Below are positions 9,665 through 19,082 of a DNA stretch of 64,000 nucleotides, in pieces. The DNA comes from an uncultured Candidatus Saccharibacteria bacterium (lineage in GTDB: Bacteria > Patescibacteriota > Saccharimonadia > Saccharimonadales > CAZICT01), in the NCBI GenBank assembly GCA_964537935.1, contig CAZICT010000003.1:2013-66012 (forward strand). Reading direction: 5' to 3'. Both the position numbers and the translations under genes were made by a program. The notes under the pieces were generated by a model. The model was not told where the DNA came from. It did not search any database and saw only the letters and a list, made by a program, of their open reading frames with translations. How positions within the stretch are numbered: position 1 is the first letter of the stretch; each line of letters opens with the position of its first letter.

Positions 9665-9770
9665 CATTAATTAAAGTCTTTAACTGTTTTGTGAAGTATT
9701 TGTGAAAAGTCTCACTGACAACACCTATAAAATTAGGCGATAGTACAGTCTTGTAACCAGGGGAATCTAG

Positions 9771-10040
9771 GTGTTTTACGATAAGCAACTTCCGCGAATA
9801 CAAAAGCTTCATGAGCTTGGCAAGGCGATTAAAACGTTTCCGGTAACAGCCAAAGAAGTTGTGTTTATGGCTAAACGTCTAGGCTATAGTCCGCACTTAA
9901 TTGAGTTTTTGAAATTGTTTCCTGATGAAGAAGTATTCGAAGACAGGACTGACTTTATAGCGCGCTGCGAGAGCGTATGTTTGCTTATTCAGCAGGAGCG
10001 TGAAGCTCCGGAAGAGATTCTTCAAAGCCCGCCGGAATAA
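9771..10040 (+). CDS. DUF2795-like small protein
   Basis: FPVTAKEVVFMAKRLGYSPHLIEFLKLFPDEEVFEDRTDF fits the DUF2795 pattern. GTG start. Confidence 0.45.
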   Translation: MFYDKQLPRIQKLHELGKAIKTFPVTAKEVVFMAKRLGYSPHLIEFLKLFPDEEVFEDRTDFIARCESVCLLIQQEREAPEEILQSPPE

Positions 10041-10042
10041 TA

Positions 10043-10078
10043 AAAAACAGCCCGTAATAATTACGGGCTGTTTTGTTT
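10043..10078. terminator. bidirectional intrinsic terminator
   Basis: aaaacagcccgtaa/ttacgggctgtttt stem with A/T runs on both sides, between convergent genes. Confidence 0.75.
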
Positions 10079-10090
10079 TCGTCAGCTATA

Positions 10091-10396
10091 TTACCAACTG
10101 CGATCATTGCGATTGCCGCCACCGCGGTTGAAGTCGCGACGTGGTCGCTCTTCGCGAGGACGAGCCTCGTTCACGGTAATGGTTCGACCACCGAGCTCTG
10201 AATTATTCAAAGCTTTTTCAGCTGCTTTTCCTTCTTCGTCGTTTTCAAATTCGACAAAGCCAAAGCCTTTGCTGCGGCCGGAATCTCGATCGGTAATGAC
10301 TTTGGCGCTGGCAACAGTACCGTGAGCTGCAAATATATCTGCTAACTCATCGTCAGTCGTCGAGAATGGCAAACCACCTACAAATAACTTGTACAT
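10091..10396 (-). CDS. RRM-type RNA-binding protein with Arg/Gly-rich tail
   Basis: RNP-2 LFVGGL and RNP-1 KGFGFVEF motifs. C-terminal RPRRDFNRGGGNRNDR. Confidence 0.88.
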   Translation of the reverse strand: MYKLFVGGLPFSTTDDELADIFAAHGTVASAKVITDRDSGRSKGFGFVEFENDEEGKAAEKALNNSELGGRTITVNEARPREERPRRDFNRGGGNRNDRSW

Positions 10397-10573
10397 AGAT
10401 TGTTCCTTCGTTATTAATGACCAGGCACGACCCCTTACTTGTATCGCTTACACGATCAGACCTGTTCTACGAAAAACCAAGAAACAAATCGAACTAAACC
10501 AGCTAACAGTTAAGAACCTGTAAAAGCATTAAACCATATCCGTATAAATACTACAATGTTAAACATAACTATA

Positions 10574-10601
10574 TTGACAAATTAACAAACTTATGTATAA
10601 T
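10574..10601 (+). promoter_or_regulatory. sigma70-type promoter with extended -10
   Basis: TTGACA(10574-10579)-N16-tgTATAAT(10594-10601). Confidence 0.55.
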
Positions 10602-10799
10602 AATAAATGTTGATGCATCAAAACAAACAACAAAATTAAAAAAGGGAACGAAAGGTCGCTCATGTGTTAAAGCTGTTTGGTGAGCTAGCATACGAATTGT
10701 TGCCTACCACCAATGGAGACATCCTAAAGATTGACGCAGATTTGGCAGATCTTTTTTAAGGTAGCCATAAAACAAACAATCTAAAAGAAAGGAAAAATA

Positions 10800-10892
10800 A
10801 TGTTGATACAAGATATCAAGCCGCGTACCAGCGGAAACCGACGCAAGTCAAAATTGCGCTTCAAACGATCCATCTTGATCGTAACGCAATAA
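10800..10892 (+). CDS. possible 30-aa highly basic peptide
   Basis: MLIQDIKPRTSGNRRKSKLRFKRSILIVTQ. GAAAGGAAAA RBS directly upstream, strong terminator directly downstream. Below the ORF-track size cutoff. Confidence 0.3.
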   Translation: MLIQDIKPRTSGNRRKSKLRFKRSILIVTQ

Positions 10893-10894
10893 AC

Positions 10895-10940
10895 AATAAC
10901 TCCCGGTAGTATTTACCGGGAGTTATTTATTTTTAATGAT
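10895..10940. terminator. intrinsic terminator (bidirectional hairpin)
   Basis: aataactcccggta/taccgggagttatt stem followed by a T-run. Confidence 0.65.
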
Positions 10941-11096
10941 TTGATTGACTATACTTTGTTCGTCGATTGAGTAAAGTTGTTCTAAGTCAACGATAATGGT
11001 GTCGCGAATGTAGTTGAATGAAGCAACCGCTCCGACTACAAAAGTGGTATAGAAAAACAGAACAATAAGTCGGGACGCTAGTCTTCCTTCGGACAT
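10923..11096 (-). CDS. possible 57-aa single-TM protein
   Basis: Hand translation gives MSEGRLASRLIVLFFYTTFVVGAVASFNYIRD.... It ends inside the 10895-10940 hairpin. Confidence 0.3.
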   Translation of the reverse strand: MSEGRLASRLIVLFFYTTFVVGAVASFNYIRDTIIVDLEQLYSIDEQSIVNQIIKNK

Positions 11097-11232
11097 AAAA
11101 TTATTTTATGAGTAGGTCTTGCCTTAACGCAAGGTTGAGCATTTTAGGTAACTAGATTTACCTACGTTTTATTTAGATAAGTTATGGCAATGGAGGAGAA
11201 GGTAGTATATGGTTTTACGGACATAGCCTTAA

Positions 11233-11269
11233 GGACAATAAAAGGACGGCCACTGGAGGGGCCGTCCTT
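11233..11269 (-). terminator. intrinsic terminator downstream of tRNA(CAU)
   Basis: AAGGACGGCC/GGCCGTCCTT 10-bp stem followed, on the minus strand, by TTTTATTG. Confidence 0.65.
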
Positions 11270-11282
11270 ACTTGGTTCATAT

Positions 11283-11359
11283 TGGTAGCAGGGGCGAGAC
11301 TTGAACTCGCGACCCCAGGCTTATGAGTCCTGTGCTCTAACCAACTGAGCTACCCTGCC
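11283..11359 (-). tRNA. tRNA with CAU anticodon (elongator Met, or Ile2 if lysidine-modified), CCA encoded
   Basis: Reverse complement GGCAGGGTAGCTCAGTTGGTTAGAGCACAGGACTCATAAGCCTGGGGTCGCGAGTTCAAGTCTCGCCCCTGCTACCA folds as a cloverleaf. The 31:39 pair is A/G. Confidence 0.9.
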
Positions 11360-11539
11360 GTAACGCTATTCCGGATTTTTGTAAGTGATGCTTGATTCAA
11401 AAGTCCAGACTTACTTTTTGGCTGGTCGTGGAGCTTTTGCCGTTAAACAACAGGGGCAAATATAACACATTTTATCTCTTATGACTAGAGCGCCAGCTTG
11501 CATGGGAAGCGACTATTCATTTGGGATATACTATCAAGC

Positions 11540-12145
11540 ATGGTTAAAGCAAAAAGAATGACACTTCCGCAAGTATTGCCGTGGATACTAATTATTACCG
11601 GCATTATCGGTTTATTGGCTTCGTTCATACTCACATATGACAAAATTCAAGTACTTAAGGACCCCAGCTACAACCCTTTGTGTAACATTAATCCGATCTT
11701 CAGTTGTGGTTCTGTTATGGATACAGAGCAAGCAAGCCTGTTCGGAGTACCGAATACAATCTTTGGACTCGTCGGCTACGCGGTAATCATAACTACCGGT
11801 GTGATATTACTGGCGGGTGCTAAATTGAAACGATGGTACTGGCAAGGAATGCAGATAGGAGCAACAATCGGTGTAGTGTTTATGCATTATCTATTCTTCC
11901 AGGGAGTTTACCGTATAAATGCTATTTGTCCGTGGTGTTTTGTAGTTTGGATGATTACGATTCCTTTGTTTTGGTACCTTACGTTATATAACCTGCGCCA
12001 AAAGAATATAGTTTTAGCCAAAAGGGCGGAGCCAGTAAACGCTTTTGCACAAAGACACCACGGTGACATTCTAATCGTTTGGTATTTGATTATCTTCGGT
12101 ATTCTTTTGACACACTTTTGGTATTACTGGAAAACACTGATTTAA
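11540..12145 (+). CDS. vitamin K epoxide reductase (VKOR) family protein
   Basis: Loop cysteines CNINPIFSC and active-site CPWC in a 4-5 TM protein. The TTG start at 11498 was trimmed to the ATG at 11540 (11558 is also possible). Confidence 0.8.
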   Translation: MVKAKRMTLPQVLPWILIITGIIGLLASFILTYDKIQVLKDPSYNPLCNINPIFSCGSVMDTEQASLFGVPNTIFGLVGYAVIITTGVILLAGAKLKRWYWQGMQIGATIGVVFMHYLFFQGVYRINAICPWCFVVWMITIPLFWYLTLYNLRQKNIVLAKRAEPVNAFAQRHHGDILIVWYLIIFGILLTHFWYYWKTLI

Positions 12146-12146
12146 G

Positions 12147-13040
12147 ATGTTGAAGATTGATGAGCTTCCAGCCGGATGTTACGTGGTGGCTGTGTCTGGT
12201 GGTGTTGATTCGATGGTATTGCTGGATGTTTTACGACAAGCTCCAGAACTTTCGCTTGTAGTAGCCCATTTTGATCATGGTATAAGGGAGAATTCAGCTT
12301 TAGACCGCAGGCTGGTACAGGATGTATGTGCGGGCTATGGTTTGCAGTTTGTGTATGACGAAGGCAAACTCGGTCCAGGAGCCAGTGAGGCTGCTGCCCG
12401 AAAAGCTCGTTACGCATTTTTAAATAAAGTACAAAAAGCCAGCAATGCCCGGGCTATCATAACCGCACATCATCAAGACGATTTATTAGAGACTATTATC
12501 TTAAATATTCTGCGCGGAACCGGCAGAAAAGGTCTCAGCCCTCTGCGGTCGCGGAATAACGTTTTACGCCCGTTACTAAGCTGCACGAAAGCGGAAATCA
12601 TTAGTTACGCTAAACAGCATCAGTTACGCTGGCATGAAGATAGCACCAATAGAGATACAGCTTACCTACGTAATTACATAAGGCTCAAATTACTGCCAAG
12701 ATTCTCAGTGGAAGATAAGCGGCGCTTGCTTGAAATAAGCCATAATGTCCGACTTTTGAACCAGCAGATTGATGCGCTGATTATTAACCTGCTTCACGCT
12801 CATGCAGATGGTTTAAAGCTGAACAAAAAGCAACTTATCAAACTTGGTCACGCTGAAGCCAAAGAAGTTATGGCGGCATGGTTACGGACAAATGGCATTA
12901 GTGATTTTGACGCCAAAACATTAGAGCGGATAGTAGTTGGCGCTAAAACACTTCCAGCAGGACGCAAGATAGAAGTCCAAAACGGCATGATTATAGAAAT
13001 CAAAAAAAGTGATTTGGCACTCAGGCAGCACGACCGCTAG
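12147..13040 (+). CDS. tilS: tRNA(Ile)-lysidine synthetase
   Basis: PP-loop VAVSGGVDSMVL and HFDHGIR motifs. Confidence 0.88.
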   Translation: MLKIDELPAGCYVVAVSGGVDSMVLLDVLRQAPELSLVVAHFDHGIRENSALDRRLVQDVCAGYGLQFVYDEGKLGPGASEAAARKARYAFLNKVQKASNARAIITAHHQDDLLETIILNILRGTGRKGLSPLRSRNNVLRPLLSCTKAEIISYAKQHQLRWHEDSTNRDTAYLRNYIRLKLLPRFSVEDKRRLLEISHNVRLLNQQIDALIINLLHAHADGLKLNKKQLIKLGHAEAKEVMAAWLRTNGISDFDAKTLERIVVGAKTLPAGRKIEVQNGMIIEIKKSDLALRQHDR

Positions 13041-13074
13041 CATTAGTTGTCAGCGGTCTGTATAATATTTTCGT

Positions 13075-14949
13075 ATGGATAAAAAACCGTTTCAGAAATT
13101 ACCGAATAAGGGTGGACGAGGACCGAAGCGAAGTGGCTTCAAGAACTTCGGATTTATTGCATTGTTAATTTTGTTCGGAATGATTATTTATGCTGCTTAT
13201 AATCAGCCGAACAATCTTGAAGAAGTACCAATATCACAAGTCGTCCAAGAAGCTAACGACGGCAAGTATGAACGCATTGAAGTAGATGGCAGCACTCTGA
13301 CGATTACTGAAAAAGGCGAAGAAGATCCGTCCCTGCGTTCATATAAAGACCCTCAGGTCAGCCTGCGCGATGAAGGTGTCGACTATACAAAAGTGGCCGT
13401 TGATACCCAGCCGCCGTCTAATACCGGCGGAATCTGGCTGACTCTGGCTGGCTCTCTGTTACCGGTAATAATTATTAGTGCCGTATTGTTCTTTATGCTT
13501 CGCAGTGCCCAAGGTCAAGGCAACCAGGCATTAAGCTTTGGTAAAAGCCGTGCGCGGTTGTATGGCAATGAAAAAGATAAAGTTACGTTTGCTAATATCG
13601 CCGGGTCCGACGAAGCCAAACAAGACCTACAGGAAGTCGTTGAGTTTTTGAAGTATCCAAAGAAGTTTGAATCGGTTGGCGCTCGTATACCGAAGGGCGT
13701 ATTGCTGGTAGGGCCACCTGGAACCGGTAAGACAATGTTAGCGCGTGCAGTAGCCGGCGAGGCGAATGTACCGTTCTTCAGCATCTCCGGCTCGGAATTC
13801 GTTGAAATGTTTGTAGGTGTAGGTGCCTCCCGTGTAAGAGATTTATTCGCTAAAGCAAAAAAGAATGCTCCATGCATAATTTTTGTTGATGAAATAGATG
13901 CTGTTGGCCGACGACGCGGTAGCGGTATGGGCGGCGGTCATGACGAGCGGGAGCAGACGCTTAATCAAATCCTTGTAGAAATGGACGGATTTGAGCAGGG
14001 TACCAATGTAATCGTACTGGCGGCAACTAACCGAGCTGATGTGCTTGATCCGGCGCTGTTGCGTCCGGGACGATTTGACCGCCGGGTTAATATCGGATTA
14101 CCAGACCGTAAAGACCGTGAAGCGATTTTGAAAGTACATTTTTCCAAGAAGCCTATTTCCAAGAACGTCGACCTAAATGCTTTAGCTGGAAAGACTGCCG
14201 GATCATCCGGTGCGGATCTGGCTAACATTGCCAACGAAGCTGCTATTGTGGCGGCGCGCAACAACCGCAAAGAAATCAACCAACATGATGTGACTGAAGC
14301 CTTTGAAAAGGTTGCAATCGGTCCTGAGCGTAAGGGCAAAATCATGAGTGAAAAGGAAAAAGAACTGACCGCTTACCATGAGGCCGGGCATGCTATTGTC
14401 GGCCATGTTCTGCCTGACAGTGACATGGTTCATAAAGTTACGATTATTCCGCGAGGCGGAACAGGTGGAGTTACATGGTTCATACCTCCGGAAGATAAAA
14501 GCTACCATAGCATTATTGAGTACAAGGATGTGCTTGCCCGTATGCTTGGCGGGCGTATCGCCGAAGAGGTTATATACGGTTTAGACAGAGTAACGACCGG
14601 TGCCGGCTCTGATCTGCAAAAAGCATCTGAATTAGCCCGAGAGATGGTAATGAATCAGGGTATGGGCAAAAAACTGCGTGACCAGGTGTTTAAGAGCGAG
14701 GAAGGCATCATGATGGAGCGTATGATGCATGAAAGACATTATTCTGAAGAGACTGCCAAGCTGATTGATGATGAAGTCGAAGCACTTATCACCGAAGCGG
14801 CTGACCGGGCTCGCGAAGTGGTAAAAGCAAACAAAGACAAATTGGAAAAACTGAAGGACGCACTACTCGAAAAAGAGACCGTCGAAGCCGAAGAAGTTAT
14901 AGAGATTCTCAACGGTTCGATCCTACCAAAAGCCGCTGCCCTCTACTAA
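13075..14949 (+). CDS. ftsH: ATP-dependent zinc metalloprotease FtsH
   Basis: Walker A GPPGTGKT, second region of homology, HEAGHAI zinc motif. tgTATAAT at 13059-13066 lies 8 nt before the ATG. Confidence 0.97.
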   Translation: MDKKPFQKLPNKGGRGPKRSGFKNFGFIALLILFGMIIYAAYNQPNNLEEVPISQVVQEANDGKYERIEVDGSTLTITEKGEEDPSLRSYKDPQVSLRDEGVDYTKVAVDTQPPSNTGGIWLTLAGSLLPVIIISAVLFFMLRSAQGQGNQALSFGKSRARLYGNEKDKVTFANIAGSDEAKQDLQEVVEFLKYPKKFESVGARIPKGVLLVGPPGTGKTMLARAVAGEANVPFFSISGSEFVEMFVGVGASRVRDLFAKAKKNAPCIIFVDEIDAVGRRRGSGMGGGHDEREQTLNQILVEMDGFEQGTNVIVLAATNRADVLDPALLRPGRFDRRVNIGLPDRKDREAILKVHFSKKPISKNVDLNALAGKTAGSSGADLANIANEAAIVAARNNRKEINQHDVTEAFEKVAIGPERKGKIMSEKEKELTAYHEAGHAIVGHVLPDSDMVHKVTIIPRGGTGGVTWFIPPEDKSYHSIIEYKDVLARMLGGRIAEEVIYGLDRVTTGAGSDLQKASELAREMVMNQGMGKKLRDQVFKSEEGIMMERMMHERHYSEETAKLIDDEVEALITEAADRAREVVKANKDKLEKLKDALLEKETVEAEEVIEILNGSILPKAAALY

Positions 14950-15056
14950 GTTTTGATAAACCATACCTTCGAATTGAAGCCATAATCCTAAAAAGAAATA
15001 TAAAAAATGAATTTCTCTGGCCAATCGTTTCCATCCTCGCCTATAATGTGTGATGA

Positions 15057-16646
15057 ATGAACAGATTGCTCAGCCGCGCCAATAAGCGAATTTCCCTGGG
15101 CGGCGCAGCCGCTCTATTGATTGCCACCTCAATTCTCGGTCAGCTGCTCGGTTTTTTGCGAACCAAATTGGTAAACGCTAACTTTCCGGCCTTTGGCCCT
15201 GAAAGTACTGACGCATATTTTGCGGCTTTTAAGATTCCTGATTTCTTTTTCTTCACGATCGCTGCCGGTGCGCTCGGCGTAGCTTTCATGCCGGTGTTGG
15301 CGGATCACCTTGAAAGAGGTGACAAAAAAGGCATGTGGGATATGACCGATAGCCTGATGAACCTTCTGGCAATAATCATGGCAATCATCGGATTTATCAT
15401 TCTCATTTTTGCCGAGCCGCTACTACACTACATCGTGGCGCCGAACTTAACACCCGAGCAGCTACACAATGCGGCGACAATCATGCGGCTAATCGCTTTC
15501 AATCCACTCTTGTTCACTATTTCTGGTATCATTACCAGCGCCCAACAGACATTAGGCAGGTTTTTCTTCTACGCAATCGCGCCGCTGTTTTATAACAGCG
15601 CAATCATTGCCGGAATATTTATATTCCGCGATAGCATCGGACTTATCGGTATAGGCGTCGGTGCCCTGATAGGTGCTGTACTCCAGCTGTTAATAGCGTT
15701 ATTCGGGCTCAACGGAACAGGATTTCGTTATCGGCCGATTATTAAATGGAAGAGCCCGGATTTCCGGCTTATACTCCGTCAATTGCCTGCTCGTTCGGTT
15801 GACCAAGGTCTTGATTCGATCAACAGTATAGTCGAAACAAACTTTGCCCGGCGGCTTGGCGAAGGTAACATTACGTTTTATGAGAATGCCTATTTGCTGC
15901 ATACCGCGCCGATTCTGCTTATCGGTACGACGATCTCAACGGCTGCATTTCCTCGGTTAATCGAACGCCTGGCACAAAACCGTAGCGATCTATTCAGAAG
16001 AGACTTTTTAAAAGTACTGCGCGTGATGATTTGGATAACGATGCCGGTTGCGGTGGTAGCATTTTTTGCCCGGGCGTATCTGGCACGTTTAATTTATGCT
16101 GACCAGGCTCCGGTTATTGCCACTATCCTTGGCTTCTTGGTTGGGGCAATATTTTTCAGAACGATTTACGCTTTAATATCACGCTGGTTTTATGCTCAAA
16201 AAGATACAAAAACACCTTTATTTGTGTCCTTGTTTGCCATAGCACTTAACATCTATTTAGCATTTGTTCTATCGCAAAAAGATATGTACGGGGTAGCCGG
16301 ATTGGCTATGGCGCAGTCAATAGTTGCGGCCACAGAAGTGTTAATTTTATCCGGAATTATGTTTATCCGTGACCGCAAGCTTATCGATCCTGAGTTCTGG
16401 AGTGCGGTAGTTCGAACCATTTCAGTAACCGGCTTCAGTGCGTTGACGGCTTATATAATGATTTCTTTTTTCCCGCTCCAGGCCGCCGACCGGGGTATTA
16501 TTACGCTAGGTTTTAAGCTGAGCGCAATCGCGGGAGCTACTCTAGCGGTCCATATGCTGGTATCGACACTAATCGGATTAGAAGAAACCCAACCGGTTAT
16601 TGCAAAAGTTAAACGTATAGTCACCCGTCCGGTACGGCTTCAGTAG
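15057..16646 (+). CDS. murJ: lipid II flippase MurJ
   Basis: 529-aa polytopic protein with a MurJ/MviN-type N-terminus (ILGQLLGFLRTKLV...). Confidence 0.9.
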   Translation: MNRLLSRANKRISLGGAAALLIATSILGQLLGFLRTKLVNANFPAFGPESTDAYFAAFKIPDFFFFTIAAGALGVAFMPVLADHLERGDKKGMWDMTDSLMNLLAIIMAIIGFIILIFAEPLLHYIVAPNLTPEQLHNAATIMRLIAFNPLLFTISGIITSAQQTLGRFFFYAIAPLFYNSAIIAGIFIFRDSIGLIGIGVGALIGAVLQLLIALFGLNGTGFRYRPIIKWKSPDFRLILRQLPARSVDQGLDSINSIVETNFARRLGEGNITFYENAYLLHTAPILLIGTTISTAAFPRLIERLAQNRSDLFRRDFLKVLRVMIWITMPVAVVAFFARAYLARLIYADQAPVIATILGFLVGAIFFRTIYALISRWFYAQKDTKTPLFVSLFAIALNIYLAFVLSQKDMYGVAGLAMAQSIVAATEVLILSGIMFIRDRKLIDPEFWSAVVRTISVTGFSALTAYIMISFFPLQAADRGIITLGFKLSAIAGATLAVHMLVSTLIGLEETQPVIAKVKRIVTRPVRLQ

Positions 16647-16671
16647 CACCTCTGATATAATCGAGAGACGT

Positions 16672-18453
16672 ATGAACCAGGAATACATCCGAAATTTTTG
16701 TATAATTGCGCATATTGATCACGGTAAATCTACGCTTGCCGACAGGTTGCTTGAGATGACTGATACGGTCGAAAAGCGGCAAATGAAAGAACAGCTGCTT
16801 GACAAAATGGACCTGGAGCGCGAAAAGGGTATTACTATCAAATTAACACCGGTACGCATGAAGTACGAAGATTATGAACTAAATTTGATAGATACGCCCG
16901 GGCATGTGGACTTTAGTTACGAAGTGTCGCGTAGCTTACAGGCCTGTGAAGGAGCGATTTTAGTTGTTGACGCTTCGCAAGGTATTCAAGCGCAGACTCT
17001 AGCAAATGTTTATCTTGCTATGGCACAAGACCTTACTATTATCCCGGTCCTCAATAAGATCGATCTACCAGCTGCCGATGTCGATCGGGTTAGTGCTGAA
17101 GTTGTGAATTTATTGGGTTGCAGCAAGGATGACATACTGCAAGTTTCAGCCAAAACGGGACAGGGAGTTGAACAGGTACTTAAAAGAGTAATCCAAGATA
17201 TTCCACCGCCAAGAGGATCTGAAAGTTCAGAAGCCAGAGCATTGATTTTTGACAGCTACTATGATGATTACCGCGGTGTTGTTCTGTATGTCCGGGTGTT
17301 TGACGGTGAGATTTCAAAGAATTCACAAATCCAAATGATGGCTACGACTGTTGACGGCCTGGCACTGGAAGTAGGGGCCTTAACGCCCGGTATGATACCA
17401 GCGGCAACTCTACGGACTGGAGAGATTGGCTATATTGTTACCAATTTGCGCAGCACGCGTGAGGCAAAAGTTGGTGACACTGTAACTTTGCATAAAAAAC
17501 CAGCAACTTCTGCCCTACCTGGCTACAAAGACGTAAAACCATTCGTCTATGCCGGGTTCTTCCCTGAGAGCAACGAACAGTATCAAGAACTCAAAGAGGC
17601 AGTCGAAAAGCTATCTCTCAGCGATTCGTCGCTGCAGTTTAGTCCAGAGAATTCACCGGTGCTCGGTTTTGGTGTACGAGTTGGCTTTTTGGGCTTACTA
17701 CATATGGATATTGTGCGTGAACGATTGGAGCGTGAGTACGGGCTCGAGTTGGTGGTCACTAACCCTTCTACAGACTATGAAATCACACTCAATAGCAACG
17801 AAGAGATTGCCATACGATCAGCATCTGACTTGCCCGACACGGCACAAATAAGAGAAATTCGCGAGCCATGGATTAAGGGCGAGATAGTAGCACCAAAAGA
17901 ATTTGTCGGTGCGGTAATACAGCTTATTGCCAGCAAGCGCGGGTTACAAAAAAACTTGAGCTATGTCGATGCACAGCTGGCGCTTATTTCATTCGAGGCA
18001 CCGTTAGCGAACTTGCTTACTGACTTCTATGATCAGCTCAAGAGCGTAACTTCCGGTTACGGGTCTTTTAATTATGAGTTGGCCGACTACCGTCCGGAAG
18101 ATCTCGTGAGGCTTGATTTCTATATCGCCGGTGAAAAGGTTGATGCACTGAGCGTTATGGTCCACCGCAGTGAAGCCCAGAGCCTGGGCCGGCAAACAGT
18201 CGAAAAGTTAAAAGAGGTAATTCCGCGACAAAACTTCCAGGTAAGCTTGCAGGCCGCGATTGGCGGAAAGTTTATTGCTCGTGAGGATATAAGTGGGTAC
18301 CGCAAAGACGTGACGGCCAAACTGTACGGAGGAGACGTATCTCGCCGCAAAAAGCTTCTCGCCAAACAAAAGAAGGGTAAAGAACGTATGAAGCGTTTCG
18401 GTAAAGTGGATATTCCAGCCGAGGCTTTCACCGTCATGCTCAAGCGTGATTAG
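16672..18453 (+). CDS. lepA: translation elongation factor 4 (LepA)
   Basis: IRNFCIIAHIDHGKSTLADRLL G-domain and the LepA C-terminal domain. Confidence 0.97.
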   Translation: MNQEYIRNFCIIAHIDHGKSTLADRLLEMTDTVEKRQMKEQLLDKMDLEREKGITIKLTPVRMKYEDYELNLIDTPGHVDFSYEVSRSLQACEGAILVVDASQGIQAQTLANVYLAMAQDLTIIPVLNKIDLPAADVDRVSAEVVNLLGCSKDDILQVSAKTGQGVEQVLKRVIQDIPPPRGSESSEARALIFDSYYDDYRGVVLYVRVFDGEISKNSQIQMMATTVDGLALEVGALTPGMIPAATLRTGEIGYIVTNLRSTREAKVGDTVTLHKKPATSALPGYKDVKPFVYAGFFPESNEQYQELKEAVEKLSLSDSSLQFSPENSPVLGFGVRVGFLGLLHMDIVRERLEREYGLELVVTNPSTDYEITLNSNEEIAIRSASDLPDTAQIREIREPWIKGEIVAPKEFVGAVIQLIASKRGLQKNLSYVDAQLALISFEAPLANLLTDFYDQLKSVTSGYGSFNYELADYRPEDLVRLDFYIAGEKVDALSVMVHRSEAQSLGRQTVEKLKEVIPRQNFQVSLQAAIGGKFIAREDISGYRKDVTAKLYGGDVSRRKKLLAKQKKGKERMKRFGKVDIPAEAFTVMLKRD

Positions 18454-18542
18454 ACTAAATCTTTACCATACATTTGACGTTAGGTGTGATATATTTAGCA
18501 GTTTTTTTGTTTTTTTGAGGGCATAATTCTCTTATTCAGCAA

Positions 18543-18749
18543 ATGAAAGGAATCATAATGAATGAGTCCAGTGCCAGCGTGTCCCAAAAAATATTTCGAT
18601 ATACTAAAAACCTGATCATGCTCATAGGTTTAATGCTATTTTTTACTCTTAGCGCACAAGCAGTCAACAGTATAGATAGCCCGGGGATTATTGAAGGCGA
18701 GCAGACGCCAAAATTTTTAGTCGACAATATGATAAAGAAAGTGTTTTAA
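18543..18749 (+). CDS. small secreted/membrane protein
   Basis: Signal-like LIMLIGLMLFFTLSAQA. The start may instead be the ATG at 18558, which follows GAAAGGA. Terminator follows. Confidence 0.4.
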   Translation: MKGIIMNESSASVSQKIFRYTKNLIMLIGLMLFFTLSAQAVNSIDSPGIIEGEQTPKFLVDNMIKKVF

Positions 18750-18762
18750 ATAATCTGATCTA

Positions 18763-18803
18763 AAAAAGCCCTCGCTGCTAATAAGCGAGGGCTCTTATTT
18801 TTT
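18763..18803 (+). terminator. intrinsic terminator
   Basis: AGCCCTCGCT/AGCGAGGGCT stem followed by TTATTTTTT. Confidence 0.78.
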
Positions 18804-19007
18804 GTTTGTGACCTTATTGTAACCTCAAACGTTGGTAATTGCACCCGTCATTCATATGAGGCCGCATGAGTATATAGAGTGGATTTTCCACAGGTGGTGG
18901 CTGAAGAGCGGTTAGATAAATGGGTATGTCCTTTTGGTTGATAAAACATAGTGCTATGAAGAAAAACATTACCCGAAGGATTATTTAAAATAGCCGTCAA
19001 AAAACAA

Positions 19008-19034
19008 TTAGCACTCTTGACTCATGAGTGCTAG
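19008..19034. promoter_or_regulatory. CIRCE operator (HrcA binding site)
   Basis: TTAGCACTC-ttgactcat-GAGTGCTAG against consensus TTAGCACTC-N9-GAGTGCTAA (17/18). TATAAT at 19044-19049 follows. Confidence 0.88.
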
Positions 19035-19051
19035 ATACTCTATTATAATGT

Positions 19052-19070
19052 CATTGGCACTGTGCCAATG
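19052..19070. promoter_or_regulatory. 19-bp perfect palindrome between the -10 and the hrcA start (second operator or 5' UTR hairpin)
   Basis: CATTGGCAC-t-GTGCCAATG. The overlapping stretch 19054-19080 can also be read as a degenerate CIRCE, TTGGCACTG-N9-GAGTGCAAG. Confidence 0.55.
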
Positions 19071-19082
19071 AGAGTGCAAGCT

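Noticed and set aside
11205-11310. Small + strand ORF MAMEEKVVYGFTDIALRTIKGRPLEG... between 11205 and the tRNA
   Set aside because: It reads straight through the 11242-11269 terminator hairpin and into the tRNA gene, so it is most likely fortuitous.
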